Positions 63,883-64,000 of a stretch of DNA of 64,000 bases are shown here, one piece after another. A model generated the notes under the pieces. It was given only the letters and a program-made list of their open reading frames with translations, searched no databases and was not told where the DNA came from. The DNA comes from a virus. The stretch is from the IMG/VR virus record IMGVR_UViG_3300023443_000190, positions 8,564-72,563 of that record. One strand, written 5' to 3'. Made by a program: the position numbers and the translations under genes. Position 1 is the stretch's first letter, and the number at the start of each line of letters is the position of its first letter.

Positions 63883-64000
63883 TTTTATTCCTCCTCGGAC
63901 TCTCACCCTGCCTCAATCCACATAACGGACACTTCTTCTCACAAGCAACAACAGATCGGTCGCAGCCGCACCAAGACTCCCATCGCTTCGGTGATCGCTT

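Larger units (their letters stand above)
1..64000. mobile_element. Tailed phage (siphovirus-like) genome or prophage segment
   Basis: Terminase, portal, capsid, tail, 1034-aa tape measure, SSB, helicase, resolvase; dense co-oriented overlapping genes; no host housekeeping genes or integrase in window. Confidence 0.95.

Noticed and set aside
1-64000. Many + strand ORFs in the track (e.g. 8..454, 3360..3851, 7742..8563, 38875..39177, 52742..53419)
   Set aside because: Antisense shadows of motif-bearing - strand genes; no RBS or recognisable motifs.
1-64000. Genome-wide stop-codon reassignment (code 4, 15 or 25)
   Set aside because: Only two suspicious in-frame stops; TGA and TAG end many genes with clear coupling or RBS for the next gene (e.g. 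portal TAG, ATGA overlaps).
1-64000. Integrase, att sites or a CI-type repressor
   Set aside because: No recombinase motifs; only a short Cro-like HTH and an RHH gene, so lifestyle cannot be assigned.

Overview
The whole window is one tailed-phage (siphovirus-like) genome or prophage segment, almost entirely on the - strand. No integrase, att site, host genes, tRNA, rRNA or CRISPR array is visible, so free phage versus prophage cannot be decided. Host is uncertain; a Planctomycete host is a weak inference. Reading the - strand from right to left: (1) a divergent control region and a + strand operon of small genes (60.0-63.9 kb); (2) head and tail genes: terS, terL, portal, MuF-like, protease/scaffold, decoration, major capsid, a displaced frameshifting tail chaperone, neck genes and major tail protein (48.0-59.8 kb); (3) a 3.8 kb IS1-family element with inverted ends, passenger genes and large structured intergenic elements, sitting between the major tail and tape-measure genes (44.07-47.90 kb); (4) tape measure, Dit-like and a tail hub protein with a 190-aa, ~44% Ser extension (38.6-44.0 kb); (5) a ~14 kb glycan build/modify cluster: 6 glycosyltransferase-like, 3 Maf/DUF115-like, 5 SAM methyltransferase, 2 2OG-Fe(II) oxygenase and 1 cupin gene (24.9-38.6 kb); (6) recombination/replication genes (10.8-24.8 kb); (7) a separately promoted fibre/LamG module and a terminal cassette of membrane proteins plus a secreted trypsin-like protease, with no recognisable endolysin (0-10.8 kb). 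Best candidates for an undescribed system: a phage-encoded virion O-glycosylation locus (Ser-rich tail acceptor next to Maf-like transferases), and two paralogous covarying RNA-like structures inside the IS1 cargo. All protein family calls are by-eye motif recognition, not database searches.
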